Below are positions 39,155 through 53,450 of a DNA stretch of 64,000 bases, piece by piece. Position 1 is the stretch's first letter. Each line of letters begins with the position of its first letter. Source of the DNA: Azolla caroliniana (taxonomy: Eukaryota; Plantae; Polypodiophyta); NCBI GenBank assembly GCA_043228905.1, contig JBHGNT010000006.1, positions 17,670,001 to 17,734,000 of the forward strand, in the 5' to 3' direction. Under the pieces are notes generated by a model, which worked only from the letters and a program-made list of their open reading frames with translations, did no database searches and was not told the origin of the DNA. The position numbers and the translations under genes are program-made.

Positions 39155-39428
39155 ACGCGAACATACATGGTTAAGCCTTGGGGAGCCACCATGAAAAAAT
39201 TGATATATAGATCAGGGAAAGACATTTATTTTTCACCCCCATGGTTTTTAAAACACCTTTGTGTTACCGTAGTAACCTGATCTTGAACCTCATCTCATAC
39301 GTCCAGAGGGGTATTGAAGTGAGATCATGATATCGATTAATGTTCGCCCATGATATGTTTACATCACGACATGATGTTATGACTATATCTCTGAACTTAT
39401 TCTATTTCTTTTCCAGAAATAATCTTTA

Positions 39429-42400
39429 ATGGCTCAAATTAACGACCTGATGTCATCCGCTCAAGCGGAAGGAACTCAAGGGAATCCTCCTGGACAAATG
39501 TCCACTGAGATGTATTTGGCACAAATAACCCAATTCCTTAGTTTCACCGCTCAACAGATGACCGAACTTCGACAATCTCAGAGTGCTCTTGAGGCACGTG
39601 TCATTAGTCTACAATGTGAGACTAATAGACCTGATGAGCGACAAGGTGAACCATCATTTGTCATTAAGCCATTTACGGGAGACAAAAAGGAAAGAACCGA
39701 AGAAGCAAACTGCACATGGCTGGGATGATGGGAGTCTCATTTTGAGCTCTATCCCATGCCAGATAGTACGAAGATTGCATATGTCGGCCGAGAACTCGGG
39801 GGTAAGGCCGCTGCCTGGTGGCGTGGGCTCCGTACTATGGGGAAATTGCCTGATACCTGGATAGATTTTGTCACGGTTTTTAAGGGCCAATTTCTGCAAC
39901 CTTCCTCTCGAACCGAGGCAGCACAAGCTTTAATGAACCTCTCTAGCAAGAAATTTTCCTCGCTAGAAGACTATGTTCACCATGCTAGAACCCAAATCCA
40001 AAAATCGTGTCTAGAAGTGGACAATTGGTTGATAGCTTCTTTTGTCAATGGCATCCCCAATTCGGACTATCACTGGATACTGCACGATAACGATCCAAAA
40101 TCCTTCGAAGAGGCCGTTGAAATAGTTCTTCGCTATCACTGCACTTCGAAGAAGGACCACAACAAACCCAACGAAGCGTCCGGGACTAAGCAGTCGCAAT
40201 TTGTTGGGAAACGCAAGACACCCAACGAATTCCTGGATCGCGATTGTAAGCGACAACATCCTTTTTGCGTATTCTGCAAAAAAAAGGAGCATACAAAAGA
40301 TCAATGTTGAAAGCTCCAACGGAAAGAGCACGACAACAAAGCTAAAGCTGCAGACCATAAAGGTCAGATTCCTAATGTCCTTCAGGTCTATACACATCAT
40401 TTAAGTAATTGTCAATGTTCTTTCCCTCACTATGTATTGGGTCCCAATGATTTACTACGTGCAAACGGGTATATCAATGGATCTCCCGTACAATTTTTAT
40501 TTGATTGGGGAAGCTCACACAATTTTGTGAACGATCGTTTGGTTCAGATATGGGGAATCCAACCCACCGTAAGTGATCACACCTACACGGTGCACTTGGC
40601 TAATGGAAGAGTACAATACATCAACGGGGCGATTCATTCATTAGGAATTTCTATTGATACTTATATAGAGGAAGTAGACTTCCATGTAATGAATCTTTGT
40701 ACCACCGATGTAATACTGGGTTAGCCCTGGTTTTATAATAAAAACTCTTCTTTATTTATTGATTGGGTTCGCCATTCCATTTGTTTTGTACTGAACGATT
40801 GTACGCAATTTATTCAATGTGTAAAAAAACAATCCCTCTCGATTGTTTCCTCGTGTCCATCAATATCCGAGTTGTCTTGTTCTACGTTATTTTATTGTGT
40901 ACTTGATCTGGACATTCACGTTTACAATATCAATAATGTCCCGGTTCAATTAACATATTTTGAACAACAACAACTTGATGAAATCTTAAATGATTTTCAT
41001 GATGTTTTTCCAAGTGAACTACCTGATGGGTTACCTCCTAAACGTAATATAGACCATCGTATACATATTGTACCTAGTGTTGCACCAATAAGTATACCTC
41101 CGTATCGCTTAAGTCGATCCAAAGAAGATGAGGTATCTAAGCAACTCAAGGACTATTTACGAATGGGTTATATACGTTATAGTAAATCTCTATGGGGTGC
41201 ACTAGTTCTCTTGGTTAAAAAGAAAGAGGGCACATGGCGTATGTGTATTAATTACCGACGCTTGAATAAAGTGACGATCAAGAATTCGTACCCATTGCCC
41301 CGGGCTGACGATCTAATTGACCGTCTCCAAGGAGCTCGGTATTTTACGAAACTTGATCTCCGTACTGGCTACCATCAAATACGAATAAGTGAGGACGATG
41401 TTCCTAAAACGACATTTTGTACACGCTATGGTCATTACGAGTTTTTGGTTATGCCTTTTGGTTTGACCAATGCTCTGGCTACTTTTCAACAAGAAATGAG
41501 TGACATTTTCCGAGAACAACTTGGAAAATTTGTCGCTATTTTCTTGGATGATATTTTAGTTTATAGCCGTCCATTACAAGAACATGCTAGACATGTCCGC
41601 TTTGTTTTACAAACATTGCGTGACAATTGACAACGCCGTTTACTAATCTTTTAAAAGGTCAAATGCGTAAGTCTACAAAACCTATTGTGTGGAATTCTAC
41701 ACTAGACCTTGCCTTTAAGGAACTCAAGGACCTGGTTTGCAAGGCTCCTTCACTTCTTTTACCTGATCCTTCAAAACCTTTTGAGGTTGAAACAGATGCA
41801 AGCGATTATGCTATAGGTGTTGTCTTGTATCAAGATGGTAAACCAATAGCATTCGAGAGTAAGAAACTTGATTCTGCTGAATGTCGGTATACCGTTCAAG
41901 AAAAGGAATTATTTGCAGTTATACATGCGCTCAAAACATGGCGCCATTATCTTTATGGAAATCGCTTTGTGGTAACTACGGACCACGAGTCCTTGAAATA
42001 TTTTTGTGATCAACAAGACCTGAAAGGTCGTAAGGAACGATGGGCTGATCTCATCCAGGACTTTGCTTTTTCCATACGATATCATAAAGGTTCCATGAAC
42101 ACTGTCGCTGATGCACTAAGTCGCATCCATGAAGTTAACATGCTTAGCTTCACTGAAATAACATCAGATCTTTATGATCACCTTCGAGGAAAGTATCCTG
42201 ATGACAGTTATTTTGCAAAATACTGGGCAAGAGTTGAGTCTGGAACAGACACAACCACATCCTCGAAGGAATACTTCCACATTGCTAATGGTTTGCTCTA
42301 CCGTAATGGGAAGGTGTGTGTTCCAAATTTACCCGAGGTCAAAAAGAGGATTCTTTTTCAATGCCATGATGCACCCTCAACAGGACACCCTGGAATACAT

Positions 42401-43553
42401 TGTACACTTGTTCTCATCTCCACTCAATTTTATTGGCCTAAGATGCGTCCTGACATACATAGCTATGTGACTAAATGTCACCAGTGTCAGGTTAACAAAG
42501 CCAAGCGACTTAAAGCCGTGGGACTTTTACATCCCTTGGACATTCCCAATAATAAGTGGGAAAGTATATCCATGGATTTTATTGTTAGCCTTCCTCGCAC
42601 CCAAAAAGGTCATGATGCCATCTGGGTTGTCGTTGATCGAATAACTAAAATGGCCAGATTTATTGCTACTAAAACCACGGTAACAGCTCCTGAATTGGCT
42701 TACCAATTCGTTGACGAATTGTTTCGTTTTTATGGGTTACCGATGGATATCGTGAGTGATCGAGATCCAAAGTTTACTAGTGACTTCTGGACGCAAGTCT
42801 TTAAGAAGTTAGAAACTACGTTGAGCATGAGCTCCACGGATCATCCTCAATCTCATGGACAGACAGAACGAGTAAATCAAATTATTGAGGACATGCTTCG
42901 AGCATACGTTGGTGCAAAACCAACAAAATGGGAATGTTATCTCCCAATTTTGGAGTTTGCTTATAACAGTTCCAAGCATACGTCAACGGGATATAGTCCT
43001 TTTATGTTGATGTATGGTTTTCAGCCACGAGCCCCGATAGATGTTAATATACGTCATGATGAGTTGCGAAGTACGCAAAACTTTCTTCGGGATATGCAAG
43101 ATATGTTGCATATTGCACGAGATAATATAAAAACAGCTCAAGATAGAGCGCATTTTTATGCCGATCATCATAGGCAACCTCGTGTATTCAACCCTGGACA
43201 GAAGGTATTTTTACGTGTACCTCACAATTCTAAGACATTGTCTACGGGTAAGTGCGCTAAGTTAGCCCCACGGTTTTGTGGACCTTTTACAGTCCTCAAA
43301 CGCATTGGGTCATCAGCCTCTCGTCTTGCTCTTCCCGATGGTGTTGGAAATAATCCAGTCTTCCATGTGAGTCGTCTAAAAGAACTTCTAGGTTCTGGCG
43401 ACAATATAGTTACAACTGAAACTCTGGTTACTTCTGAAGAATTATCTTCTAAACCACATGTACCAGAAAAAATCAATAAAAGATGACACATGGGAACGCG
43501 AAAATACTCTCAGAACTAATTTCCCTAACTTTCCATTGCAAGAGTGCAATGTT
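39429..43553 (+). pseudogene. gag-pol: G1 gag-pol with stops and internal deletions
   Basis: Homologous to G2. [10 protein letters not shown]; RT jumps from LRDN to TTPFTNLL at ~41627; RNase H and integrase in 41627-43486; chromodomain partly deleted. Confidence 0.92.
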
Positions 43554-44468
43554 TTAAAGAGGGGGAGTATGTTACGGGCATGACCATTTAATATCCTGTA
43601 GTGCGAATTTACCGTAGTATTCTATACACGTGGATAAGTGTGAGGGTTAACCGAGAGTGTAAAGAAGGGGAGGATTACTTTTAATCCTCGGGATTGAGAC
43701 AACCCATTAGGTCAAGTGTGAACTTGCCTGGGGGCCTTGGGTATCGCTATAAATAAGAGGCCTAGCTACCCTCATTTGATCATCTTTTTGACTACATCGA
43801 GACTCTGCTCTTGTGGTGGGTCAACTCTTGTAGCGAGCGCGCCAACACCAGGTACGACTCGACGCCACGGCGGTGGTATGGGACGCCGATCGAGGCTCGC
43901 GTCCGTCTCGATCCCTTCGCTCGGGGGTGGTCGGGTGGATCGACACCCTTCTTTCTCTTTCTCCTTTCTATCTATCATTTGTTTATCCTTATCTTAAGCT
44001 TACTTTAGTACTTAGATCTATAATAGCACTAATTGGTACATCCGAGGATGACGAGGAGGAATCGTCATTGTATATTAGTTATAGTAGTGATTCTCTGTAA
44101 AGGAGTGATCATGAATGTATTTTTGGCTATTAAGTGTAACTACATTCCGCTTGTAACAAATTGAGTAATATAAAAGAATGTGTTTTGAATTCTTATGATT
44201 TCTAAAAAATCGTTTCTTATAAAATAACATTGGTTGTAGAGTTTGTGATATAAATTGAGAATGTAACTTTTTGAAATTCCTCTTTTTATATTTATTTCTA
44301 AATCACGAAAATAGTGGAATTTTAACCTTTTTCATAGTATATTTGAACATGTATGATACTGGTATGAATGTGTTTTGTAAAATCATTGAAAAATTACTAA
44401 AATCAACCAAAATATTCCTTATCCTTCCATTTATGCGCAATCCTTCCACTTGTGAATGTGAACGTGTT

Positions 44469-45611
44469 CCTCTATGGACTGAAACAAGCACCGAGACCAT
44501 GGCACAAAGAACTTTCAAAATCTCTAAATAAATTTGCCTTCAAAATATCAAAGGCTGATCCATCTTTGTACATAAAGAAGATGAATGATTGCATTGTTTT
44601 GATTTTGATTTATGTTTATGATTTAGTCATTGGAGGTGACTCTATGGATGAAATAAACAAGATGAAGAAAACTTTGGAAATGCAATTTTATATGAAGGAT
44701 GTAGGAGAGCTGAGATACTTTCTTGGTATTGAGATGATCAGATCTAAAAGTGGTATATATATGTTGCAAAGACAGTATGCAACAACTATGTTGAAGAAGT
44801 ATGGAATGCTTGGATGCAAACCTATTGATGTACCATAGGATAGGAACTGCAAATTGAGGGCTAATTTGGGAGCCAAAATAGAAGATGTAAATATGTCCAT
44901 GTCTATGGTGGGCAACCTCATATATTTGACTATAACAAGACCTGATTTGAGTTATGTTGCTGGATTAGTCAACGAGTTTATGTAACAGCCAACGAAGCTA
45001 CATTTGAACTACATTAGAAGAATCTTGAGGTATGTAAAAGCTATTCAGAACGATGGATTGTTTTATAGGCCTAATCTGGACACAAAGCTGGAAGGATATA
45101 CAGATGTTGATTGGGATGGAAGCCAAACTGATAGAAGATCCACAAGTGGATATATGTTTATATTGGGAAGTGCAGCTATTTCATGGAGTAGCAAGAAACA
45201 AGCTATTATTGCATTATTAAGTACTAAAGCTGAATATAGAGGAGCTGCAATAGCCATTTGTGAAGAGGTATGGATCAACAGATTGCTTGCTGATTTGGGA
45301 GAGTATATAGATGGCACAATCACAATTTGGTGTGACAATATGAGCAGCATTCAGCTCGCAAAAACCCAGTGTTCAATGCAAGAACAAAGCACATTGATGT
45401 GCATTATCACTTTGTTAGAGAAAAAGTGATTGATGGAGAAGTGGATATGTTGTATGTAAGCACAAATCAGCAAGTGGCTGATATTCTTACGAAGGGACTG
45501 AGCATAGAAAAACCTACACAGTTTCGGGACATGATGGGAGTTATAAGCATTGGTATGATAACTGAAAGGGATGGAGAAAAGAAGATTGAAGATGACCTCA
45601 AGAAAGGCTAA
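44469..45611 (+). pseudogene. pol: Copia-A RT-RNase H remnant
   Basis: LYGLKQAPR, YVYDLVIGG, MKDVGELRYFLG, GYTDVDWDG, RTKHIDVHYHFVREKV. Confidence 0.92.
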
Positions 45612-46248
45612 GTTGAGCTTGAGGGGGAGTGTTAAGAAACAAGCTCAACAAAAGGATGTGATGCTTATTGGGAAATAAGATCTTCTATAGTAGCTATTTG
45701 GAAATTAGCTACTAGTTGAAATATAGGTAAAACAACTATTTAGCTATTCATAGATAATTAGCTGAATATGTACTTATGTACTTAGGTAAAAATGTAAGAG
45801 TGAGATGTAGAAGAGTAGAGAGAGAGAGAAGAAAAATATAAAACAAACGTCAGAGGTTTTGTTCTATGTAATGAAATAGAAGCTTTTGGGTTGCTACAGA
45901 GGTAAGTCTTCTTCCCCCTTCCTTTTCTATCTTGAGCACACTAAACGATCCAGCACATCACGATCCGCTGTGCATTAAGAAGAGCCAGAGCGCCTTCGTA
46001 ACAATTCACTCCCTAACCTCCATCGACTATGTACCCCGAGATTTCTTCTCCTTGTAGGATAACTTTAATGGCCGGGTTGTGGTGATCCACCAGAGCCGGT
46101 CCTGTAACTAATTCGGTGAAGTTGCTGGGAATTATTACTTGGTCCACGTTACGCATGCGTGTTTCCATGGCTTGCCGAAATCGGGGAACCAAGTTTAATA
46201 GTTTGTTCATCATTAGCGTAATCAAACAGTCCGCTAGGACATGCCATA

Positions 46249-47001
46249 TGTTAGGAAACAGGTCCCTCTAGATGGGAAGTGAGAAGATCAGTTCGGATGA
46301 GCAAACTCGGCCGAAACCAGATGAGGAGTACCCAGCTACGGAAGACCCGGTGAGAACCAGATGAAGAGTACCCAGCTACGGGAGACCCGGTGAGAACCGG
46401 ATGAAGAGTACCCAGCTACGGAAGACCCGGTGAGAACCGGATGAGGAGTACCCGGCTACGGAAGACCCGGTGAGAACCGGATGACGAGGGCCCGGCAAGA
46501 TCCGGATGATGCAGGAATGGTGAGGAGCGCTCACCGGATGAAGGGACATATTCGTAAATATGTCTTCTGAGAGTCCATCGGGGCTATATTTGTAAATAGC
46601 CAAAAAGTCATATTAGTATAAATATGACTTAGGGCAAACTTATTGTGAGAGTTGTTGTCATTTCTTGTTGGCAGAAGACTAGAGAGCGCGTAATAGTTAG
46701 TGTATAGAGAGAGAGAGAGAGAGAGGAAGAGGTCGTTGCCTCTGTTGTAACCGCCGCCTGTGGCGAAGATTGTGAGCACGAGGTCGTTGCCTCCGTGAGC
46801 TCACTGTTGTAATCATTGTGATATAGTGATAGTTTGGAGTCTGTGAACTCCCGTGGTTTTTCCCTCTTAGGGTTTTCCACGTTAAACATCTTGTGTACTC
46901 TTCTCTCCTTTGTGTCGTGCGTTCATTATCCGTTTTTTGTGTTTGATTTAAGACTCGGTTGTGGCCGAGCGTTGTTCATCGGGAGCATGTAGTTCCTGTC
47001 A
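46249..47001 (+). mobile_element. Solo LTR (related to the copia LTR at 51476) containing a 40-bp tandem repeat at 46315-46490
   Basis: TG...CA ends; TSD CCATA on both sides; shares GGCTATATTTGTAAATAG and CCCGTGGTTTTTCCC blocks with 51476-51996. Confidence 0.9.
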
Positions 47002-47877
47002 CCATATTGGGCCCTCGCCTATCGTAGGGTCCCCGCTTGAGACGACGATGCCTCGGTTGCTTGATCCTGGCGTATTTGGTCGATGTTAGCCTTGTTTGCC
47101 TTTTCCGCCAAAGCCTGTGCCTCTTTCCATATTGCATCTTATGCTTTCCATTCGGCTACTTTGGTCTGGTTGCGGGTGGTTACTTGGTGTGCCTCCGTCA
47201 TAATGGTATTCACCGTCGGTCGCTTGCCCTCATCGCGTCGTGGGCACTACGTTGTGGGTTGGCTATGAGGAGACTAGACTCATCTTTATCTATTGTTGGC
47301 TAGGCAAGGCCTCCGGTGATGACATGGGTTCATTGTGACGTCATTGTTGATGCTACCGCGTGTTTCGGGGCTTCTTGCTGTAATCACGATGATTGGTATT
47401 CTACGGCTGACGTCGCTCCTCCTCCAAGCCGTCGTCGAGGTTTTGGTGGTTATGAGGGTGTCGATCTCCTCTGTATGATTGTGCTTCAGCCTATCCACCT
47501 CGATTGTTCGTAGAACTCCGATTCTCATAACGTCTCCCTTCGCAGTCGTTATACCAGTCGTTCGGACGATAGTCATCCTCCTCTTGATCGTCCTCGTCCC
47601 AGTGTTGATCCTTGTCATGGCTATTCCGGTCATTACGCTGATTCTAATCAGCGTTTCGATAACTCTCATCCTGTCGAAAGCAGTTGTTGGCCTGCCGATG
47701 GTTATGTTATGTTTCAATCCATTGAACCGGTGCCGAGGGTCGATTTAGAAGGCTGTATTCGCACTAGTCGACTGTATGTGCCCGAGATTGGCAGATCAGG
47801 TAGTCAGCCCACATGTTGTAGTCGACCACCAAGTGTCCGGAGTTGAGATAGGTGGTACATTGAATAGCCTACCTCAA

Positions 47878-48090
47878 CCTATACTCGTCATCCTACGATA
47901 GCGCATGTCATAAGGATGTCACAGACATACCTTCGTTTGTGTCTTCTAGCTCCATTCGAAGAACTCAGACATACCTATACTCGTCATCCTACGATAGCGC
48001 ATGTCATAAGGATGTCACAGACATACCTTCGTTTGTGTCTTCTAGCTCCATTCGAAGAACTCATACATACCTATACTCGTCATCCTACGT
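47878..48090. repeat. 96-bp in-frame tandem duplication within G3 gag
   Basis: CCTATACTCGTCATCCTACG at 47878, 47974 and 48070. Confidence 0.85.
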
Positions 48091-49399
48091 CCGCCATCTG
48101 GCCTATAAAGTCGAGCATGCTCAGCATCGTTCGCATGGGCCGACGTAAGGCGGCAAGGAAGGTTTCTTTAGCCTCATCCTCGGTAGGTACCCGCGTAATC
48201 TGGCTTCTCAAGTTTTGGAATCGGATGATAAAATCGGCGACCAATTCCTGCTTAAACTGCCCAATAGAATAGAACTGACCGATGATTTCTCATTGTGGAA
48301 CACTCAAGTGAAATAATCGAAGAAACGTCATGTCATACAGAGCTAATCGAAGTTAGTAAATGTCGAGTGATTGAGCTACGAGTGCCATCCCACTGCCCGC
48401 CCGTTGAGAGTAAGCTTGAAGTCGACGATCTTAGAGGCGTTGGCTTCGGCCTCCGGGATTCTTTACGACACATGGTTCACATTCCAGACGTTGAGGAATG
48501 ATCGGACGTGAACCTCCGCATCACCGTTATAACGGGGATAAGACAAGGCCACAATGGTGTACGTAGATCATCTGAAGTTGTCGTAAGCAGGCTCGATTAG
48601 GCGTGGTGAGGGGTTTGTCTCACTAGTGATTTCAATATCCAGGTGAAATGAGGAGAGGACCTCCTAACGAGTTGTGCTCTGGTTGGTGAGAGTAGACTCG
48701 AACGTGCTTTCAGTGATATTTAGTAAGTGGGGGTCGAGGCGTGACTTTTCCATGGCAAGTTTTGCCGCCTTTCAGGCTTCTGCCTGAGTCCGGGGTTCAC
48801 CTCGGCGAGTTGTTTCTTTGCTGTCTGTACGGCTCAGCGACATCCATCCCCGATGTTTAGTTGTTCTTGTCACAAATCTCCGGGTGTGCCAAATGTGTTA
48901 CCAGTTAGGGTGACACAGTGTCGAATCCTCAATCTTTCGGGGGTTCGGCTCAAGGGGTATTGTGGTTCAGGAATGTGGAAGTACGTCGTAACCGTGCTAC
49001 GATTGACTGTACACTGAACTCGTAAGTGTTAACTTAACCGTGGAGATTGTGGAGCTTCAGAAGACGTCTACAACCGACTCCTTATGCTATAGCCTACGCA
49101 GCGTATAAGACTCAACACAGTAAAAGAACTCGATACGAAAACAGATACAAGAGTTACGATACACAGAAAGTCAGACAAGCAAAATTATATTCCAAAAGCT
49201 TGAATACAAAATTATCGTTCTCTATTACAAGTTTGCCATGCCCTTTATATATAGAGTCATCGTCAGTTACACTTCGCTGACCCTAGACTACTACTAGTAC
49301 TCCCTGATTATTACGCTACGACCCCACCCATCTTCTTTGCATGCCGTAGTCGTCCCTTTGTCCTTTCTTTCTAGGCCTTTTCCAATTGGTCACCCAAGG

Positions 49400-51119
49400 T
49401 AGTAGCCGAATTGGTACAAACCAGTTATTACGTGAGTCGGAAGCTATCAACGGCTGAATGCAACTTTTTGACAACCGAACGCGAGGCGCTCAGCATGATA
49501 TACAGTATCAACAAATTTCGTCATTACCTGTTCGGCCGCAAATTCACTCGTCATGTCGACCATTCGACATTGTTATACTTCGTGTCAAAACAGGAGCTAA
49601 TAGGGAAACTGGCCCGATGGACACTACTGTTGCATGAGTTTGAATTTGACATTATCCACCGACCAAGGGTACAATATGTAATCGCTGACTATCTAAGTGG
49701 GCTAGAGTCGGGAGAGTTAGGTACAGGAGTAAAGGATGATTTTCCTGACGCTCCAGTCTTCTGAGTCAACACAATGGCTTCCACAGAAACAGATGAAGAA
49801 AAGGCTGATTTATGGATCATAGAAATGACGATTTTTCTCAATACCGGAGTGTCACCAGAAGGAATTTCACTAGACAAAAGAAAAAGGCTAGGAATTTGAA
49901 ATCGAAACTTTTGTCTACTGAACGATACGTTATACCATAAAGGACAATACAGCATATGGTAACGTGCAATTCGGCACTTCGAAAGACAAGGAGTTTTGTG
50001 TGAGCCCATTGTGGTATTGACGGCAGAAATTATGTTGGAGAGACAATGGCAAGAAAAATTTGGAATAGTGGTCTATGGTGGCCGACTAACTCAAAGGATG
50101 TTGGCGAGTACTGTCGACAATGTGATTTCTGTCCGTAAACCGGCCAACCCACAAAAAGGGATAGGATGCCACATCAGCCAGTATTACCATTGGAACCATT
50201 CTAGAAATGGGGCCTCAACTTTGTTGAGCCATTCAAACCGGCAGCTGCAAGAACCAGGAATCGATACATTATCGTAACCACCGACTATTGTACCAAGTGG
50301 GTCGATGTCAAGGTGGTTAGAGATAACATAGCGGCATCGATAACAAAATTTCTCTATGAGTACATATGCTGTCGATTTCACTCCCCAATAAAACATAGTA
50401 AGTGATCAAGGTACTCATTTTATAAATAGAATTGTACATGAGCTATCCACTTACTATGCATTAGTATATAAAAGAAGTACTCCGTACTATCGTTAAGCCA
50501 ATGGGCTGGCAGAATCAACAAAAAAGACATTACAAATGATTCTGCAAAAAATAGTTAATGAAAACAGAATAGACTGGGATCAGAAGCTCCACAGTGCATT
50601 ATGGGCATACAGGACTTCATATAGGATGATTATCAAGTCGACCCCGTTTCAAATGGCCTTCAGACTAGAAGCAGTAATGCCCATCGAATTCCAAATTCCA
50701 ACACTACGGGTTAAAATCACCGAAAGGTTGGATGAGGAGCACATCTAAGGAAGGAACAATTGTTAGTACTGGAAGAAAGTTCGCTCCGAGCCATGTCTGC
50801 ATTATAACAAAAACAAAGGAAAACAAAAGCATTTGTTGACCGACACCGACGACAAAAGGAAAAGATGTTCGACGTCGGCAAATCAGTTTTAGTTTTTCCA
50901 ACAAAGATGGGTTCGATGCCAGGTAAACTCAGATTCCGATGGACAAGCCCATTTTGGATTGTCAACAGTAAGCATGGTACATATCAATTCGGCACATTAG
51001 CGGGCAAAATCCTGCCGAAATGGGTGAATGGATTTCAAATTAAATCGGATCACGGACCGACACTGGAAAATACATTCAGAGTCGGAGTCAACATCGACAA
51101 CCTGCAGACCACACTGTAA
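49400..51119 (+). pseudogene. pol: G4 gypsy RNase H-integrase remnant
   Basis: YYVSRKLSTAE, RWTLLLHEFEFDI, SDQGTHF, ALWAYRTSYR, KLRFRWTSPF; no chromodomain. Confidence 0.9.
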
Positions 51120-51475
51120 GGTGGCAAGGAAAAAATAATGTGATAATAAAATAATAATAATAAATAAATAAATAAATAAAAATAATCTTGGCAAATATAT
51201 ACCAAAAAATGATTCTTGTTATGATGACTTCTTGGCAGTGTCCTTTTTCACAGACTACAAATGGACATTCCAATAAATCATTTAGTATTCATTCGGTTAT
51301 TAAAAGCTTTTATTACCATATTGGAACCATCACTGCCATTAATAGCATATTGTCACTAAACTCTTCAAAAAATGGCGCAACTTTTCATCAAAAACCTTTC
51401 TTCTATATTTTGTGCCTCACAACAACAAATAAATTTTCAAGCAAATAGAGCGCACAGAGCAGTCAAACAACATTC

Positions 51476-52290
51476 TGTTGGGAATTTGGTCCCTCTGGAT
51501 GGGATCCGGATGAGATCCGCACGAGCCAGATCTGACGAGCCGAAGGAAGGAACCGGATCCAGGGACATATATGCAAATATGTTTCTGGTGTGCCTGGAAA
51601 GGCTATATTTGTAAATAGTCTTAAAGTCATATAAGTATAAATATGACTTAGAGCAATCACTTTGTAAGGTTGTTGTTAATGTTGTTGTTGTTAGTTGTAA
51701 TACAGTAACCTGCTATCTTGCGAGAGTAGTATAGAGAGAGAGAGAGAGAGAGAAAAGAAGCCGTCGGTTGGCGAAGATACCGAGCTCGAAGTCATCACCT
51801 CTGAATCTCTTGTTGTACCTCCTTTCTCGTATAGTGATAGTTGGAGTTTGTGGATCCCGTGGTTTTTCCCTATTAGGGCTTTCCACGTACACATCCTGTG
51901 TCGTCTCTTCTATGTAAGTGTGTGAACCTCCAGTTCTGTTTTGTTCTTTCATAAAGTGTTTGAGTCTTGGTTGTGGCCAAGTGCTATTCTGTGCAAACTG
52001 ATATCAGAGCGAACAAGAAAATGGAAGAGTCATTCAGAAGCATGTTCAAGCTCACTAGCTCCAACTACCCAGTGTGGAAGTCGAAGATGAGGGACATGCT
52101 CGTGGTCAAAGATCTCCAGCTACCGGTACAGTTCGGGGACAAGAAACCGGACAAGATCGATTTCACGACATGGGAGGTGATGCACATGAAGACAACGACA
52201 TACATACGGTGCTTCATCGACATGAGCCCGTCCAACAACTTCCATGAAGAAAGTAAGGCTGATGTGCTCTGGGAGAAAATCAAGGGGCAT
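51476..52290 (+). mobile_element. 5' LTR (51476-~51996), PBS and start of gag of a copia element, truncated
   Basis: PBS-like TGATATCAGAGC at 51999; MFKLTSSNYPVWKSKMRDMLVVKDL. Confidence 0.85.
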
Positions 52291-53450
52291 CTTGGCCTCA
52301 CTGTCCTCATCCTCAAAATTTGGAATGGAGTGGATGGGGATTGGAGGTGAAGGCAAGTACCACGAAGCCGACTTGTTAACAACAACATATCTGCTTACTC
52401 AGACCTATTTCGTTGGAGGCTTATAGCACTTATAACCCTTCTGCTAATCCGAGTAGACGACCAAGTTACATTTTTCAGCTTTCACGTCTAACTTCTGTCA
52501 TTTTTCCTTCGGCACATGCACATATGAAATGCGACCGAATAACCTCAAATGTGCCAAGTTAGGCTTCAGAATCTTCTCTAAATACAACTCATGTGGCAAC
52601 ACTCCTCCATTTGCAGATGCCCGATTCTGGAGGTAGACGGTTGTCCGAACCACTTCGGCCCAATAAAACTTCAGCTTATGCTTTTCCTCAAGTATTTCTC
52701 TACCCGCTTCTTCGATCGCCCGCTTCTTCCTCTCGGAGGCATGTATCTGGAGGAGAATTCGCGTCGAATTCCTTCCATTTGTAGATAGCTAGAGAACGGG
52801 TCGAAAAAATACTCTTTCCCATCATCAAACCTTAGGCACTTGATCATTCGACCTGTCTCCTGTTCAACAAGGCTTTTCACCTTCAAGAAGCAGGTGAATA
52901 CTTCACTTTTCTTCTTGATCAAGCACATCGAAGTGTACCGAGTGTAATCATCGATGAAGGTTATAAAGAAACAACTTCCTCCAATAGTCACGTTCTCTGC
53001 CGGTCCCCATACATCCGAATGGATTAAATCGATCTTGTTTTAGCTCCGGTTTTTTTATTTGGGAATGGAAGACTGAATTTCGGCAAGCCGAAAACGATGT
53101 TTTTCGTCTGCATCTCCCGAAGCCGCGAGAGGTTGACGTGGCCGAACTGCTTCGGCCACAAGTCGATGTCCGATTCGGCTTTTTGCCCCTTGACAAACAT
53201 AACAATGCCGATGTCGTTCGTTTCGAGGATGAACATTCTCCCTTCTTGGCGCCCTTGCACTGTGATCATGCCTTTTTCTTCGATGAAGCGCCCGAGATGA
53301 GTAAATCGAACTTGCATGCCCTGGTCAACAATTTGTCCTACCGACAGCAAGTTCTTGGTGATTGTTAGCACATGCAAGAAATTTCTCATGATTCCCTTCT
53401 AACCGACATGGTTGAGAGGGACATCTCCTATGTGTTCAATGGGGTGAGGT
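52290..53450 (-). pseudogene. Copia GAG-pre-integrase/integrase fragment
   Basis: KNLLSVGQI, DLWPKQFGHVN, FITFIDDYTR, IKCLRFDDGKEY. Confidence 0.88.

Larger units (their letters stand above)
33334..44025 (+). mobile_element. Chromovirus G1 with three LTRs (33334-33789, 33794-34249, 43570-44025)
   Basis: TSD GCACT; PBS TGGTATTAGA at ~34252; PPT GAGGGGGAG before 43570; LTRs TGTTACG...TATAATA. Confidence 0.93.
25212..44468 (+). mobile_element. Second, inverted copy of the Sola1-like transposase 3' half plus end A, in pieces 25212-25334, 32350-33333 and 44026-44468
   Basis: FTLPKLFDVICDAYTP..., METPFTWSLQHDRVNR, EDDEEESSLYISYSSDS. The pieces join across TSDs GGAAT and GCACT. Confidence 0.9.
9288..46003 (+). 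mobile_element. Ty1/copia element Copia-A hosting ~34 kb of nested insertions
   Basis: LTRs 9288-9695 and 45630-46003 (TGTTAAG...TAACA); TSD ATTCA on both sides; PBS TGGTATCAAAGC at 9696; PPT GAGGGGGAG. Confidence 0.92.
7837..49398 (-). mobile_element. Non-autonomous gypsy-like element G3 (gag and protease, no RT/IN), split by Copia-A and a solo LTR
   Basis: Homologous LTRs 7837-8389 and 48896-~49398 (truncated); PBS TGGCACACCCGG at ~48880-48891; gag remnants 48840-47000. Protease GYIVDGG*GV|NVISNATC reads through once 9288-46003 is removed. Confidence 0.75.
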
